Source of the DNA: Octopus vulgaris
Lineage: Eukaryota
Assembly: GCA_951406725.2 (NCBI GenBank)
Contig: OX597829.1
Span: 51,026,001 to 51,090,000, forward strand
Direction of reading: 5' to 3'
Length of the DNA: 64,000 nucleotides
Shown here: positions 63,080 to 64,000 of the stretch, piece after piece
Numbering within the stretch: position 1 is the first letter of the stretch
Layout of the letters: each line of letters starts with the position of its first letter
Program-made: the position numbers and the translations under genes
The notes under the pieces: generated by a model
Seen by the model: only the letters and a program-made list of their open reading frames with translations
The model's database searches: none
What the model was told of the DNA's origin: nothing

Positions 63080-63771
63080 CCCCGACCTCCTAGTTGAGGG
63101 GTTTTGTCTTGCAAGGTACTTGGTGATCCTGTCAGTGCTGGTGCCACATAAAAAGCCCTGGTGGTGCCAGTGCCACATAAAAAAGCACTGGTGCTGGTGC
63201 CACATAAAACCATTGGTTGGTGGTGTTGGTGTCACATAAAAAAGCACTGGTGCTGGTGCCACATAAAACCATTGGTTGGTGGTGTTGGTGTCACATAAAA
63301 AAGCACTGGTGTTGGTGTCACAAAAAAGCACTGGTGCCACATAAAAAGCAATGGTACTGGTGCCACATAAAAAGCAATGGTACTGGTGCCACATTAAAAG
63401 TACTGGTATTGGTGCCATGTAAAAAAAAAAAAAAGCTGGTTCCACATAAAAAACTGCTGGTGCCATGTAAAAACACTGGTGGCGCTGGTTCTGCATAAAA
63501 AAAAAAACCACCGGTGCTGGTGCCATGTGAAAAGCACTAGTGCTGGTGTCACGTTAAAAGTACTGATATTGGTGCTGCTGGTGCCATGGAAAAAGCGCCC
63601 ACTACACTCTTTAAAGTGGTTGGGGTTAGGAAGGGCATCCAGCCATAGAAACCATTCCAGAACAAACAATGGAACTTGATGCAACTCCTGGCCTTGCCAG
63701 TTCCTATCAAACTGTCCAACCCATACCAGCATGGAAAACAGACGTTACATCATGTTGATGATGATGATGAT
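63080..63771 (+). mobile_element. RTE 3'UTR-type element with expanded ggtgccacataaaaagcact array
   Basis: Roughly 15-20 degenerate units at 63135-63600, then the standard tail ending in (GAT)n. Confidence 0.85.
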
Positions 63772-64000
63772 ATACATACTCACATACAAACACTAAATGT
63801 TTTTATAATACTGCTTGTTTTATTTTTTTTTTTTCTTTTGTTATTGGATTAATGTAGAATATCAAACAAAATTAATGGAAAACAAGCGATATGGCATATT
63901 CTGTATATTTGCTGTCGTCTCTCCATTATCAACACCAGAGGAGATCATTTATCGCATTTTCAAATTTGTAATTGATTGCTCTTGTTTTAAATAAATAATA

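Noticed and set aside
52643-63600. CRISPR-like repeat/spacer arrays (52643-53003, 63135-63600)
   Set aside because: Eukaryotic context, degenerate repeats, spacers that are microsatellite or mutually related, and no cas genes.

Overview
AT-rich eukaryotic (animal) non-coding DNA, almost certainly from an octopus genome. This is inferred from the dense (TA)n/(CA)n/(GATA)n/(AAT)n microsatellites and from tRNA-headed SINEs and RTE LINE tails that I recall from Octopus repeat families; no search was run. No intact host gene, rRNA, true tRNA or CRISPR array can be supported, and nearly all ORF-track entries are microsatellite or SINE artefacts. The window is a layered transposon graveyard. It holds at least four tRNA-derived SINE families (labelled A-D here), RTE-clade LINE 3' fragments, a decayed Gypsy integrase, a decayed hAT transposase, and hAT, Tc1/mariner, pogo-like and piggyBac-like MITEs, several with clean target-site duplications (TSDs) and multi-level nesting. 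The most interesting signal is about a dozen type I hammerhead-ribozyme motifs from several families. Most have a palindromic (dimer-type) helix III and sit in short elements abutting (TA)n tracts, some arranged as inverted repeats. They are best read as non-autonomous derivatives of Penelope-like retroelements. Secondary signals are CpG-depleted versus CpG-retaining domains (possible gene-body methylation footprint), two SINE-poor islands that may hold promoters, modular SINE head/tail swapping and a small higher-order repeat. All coordinates were read by eye; repeat edges are approximate.
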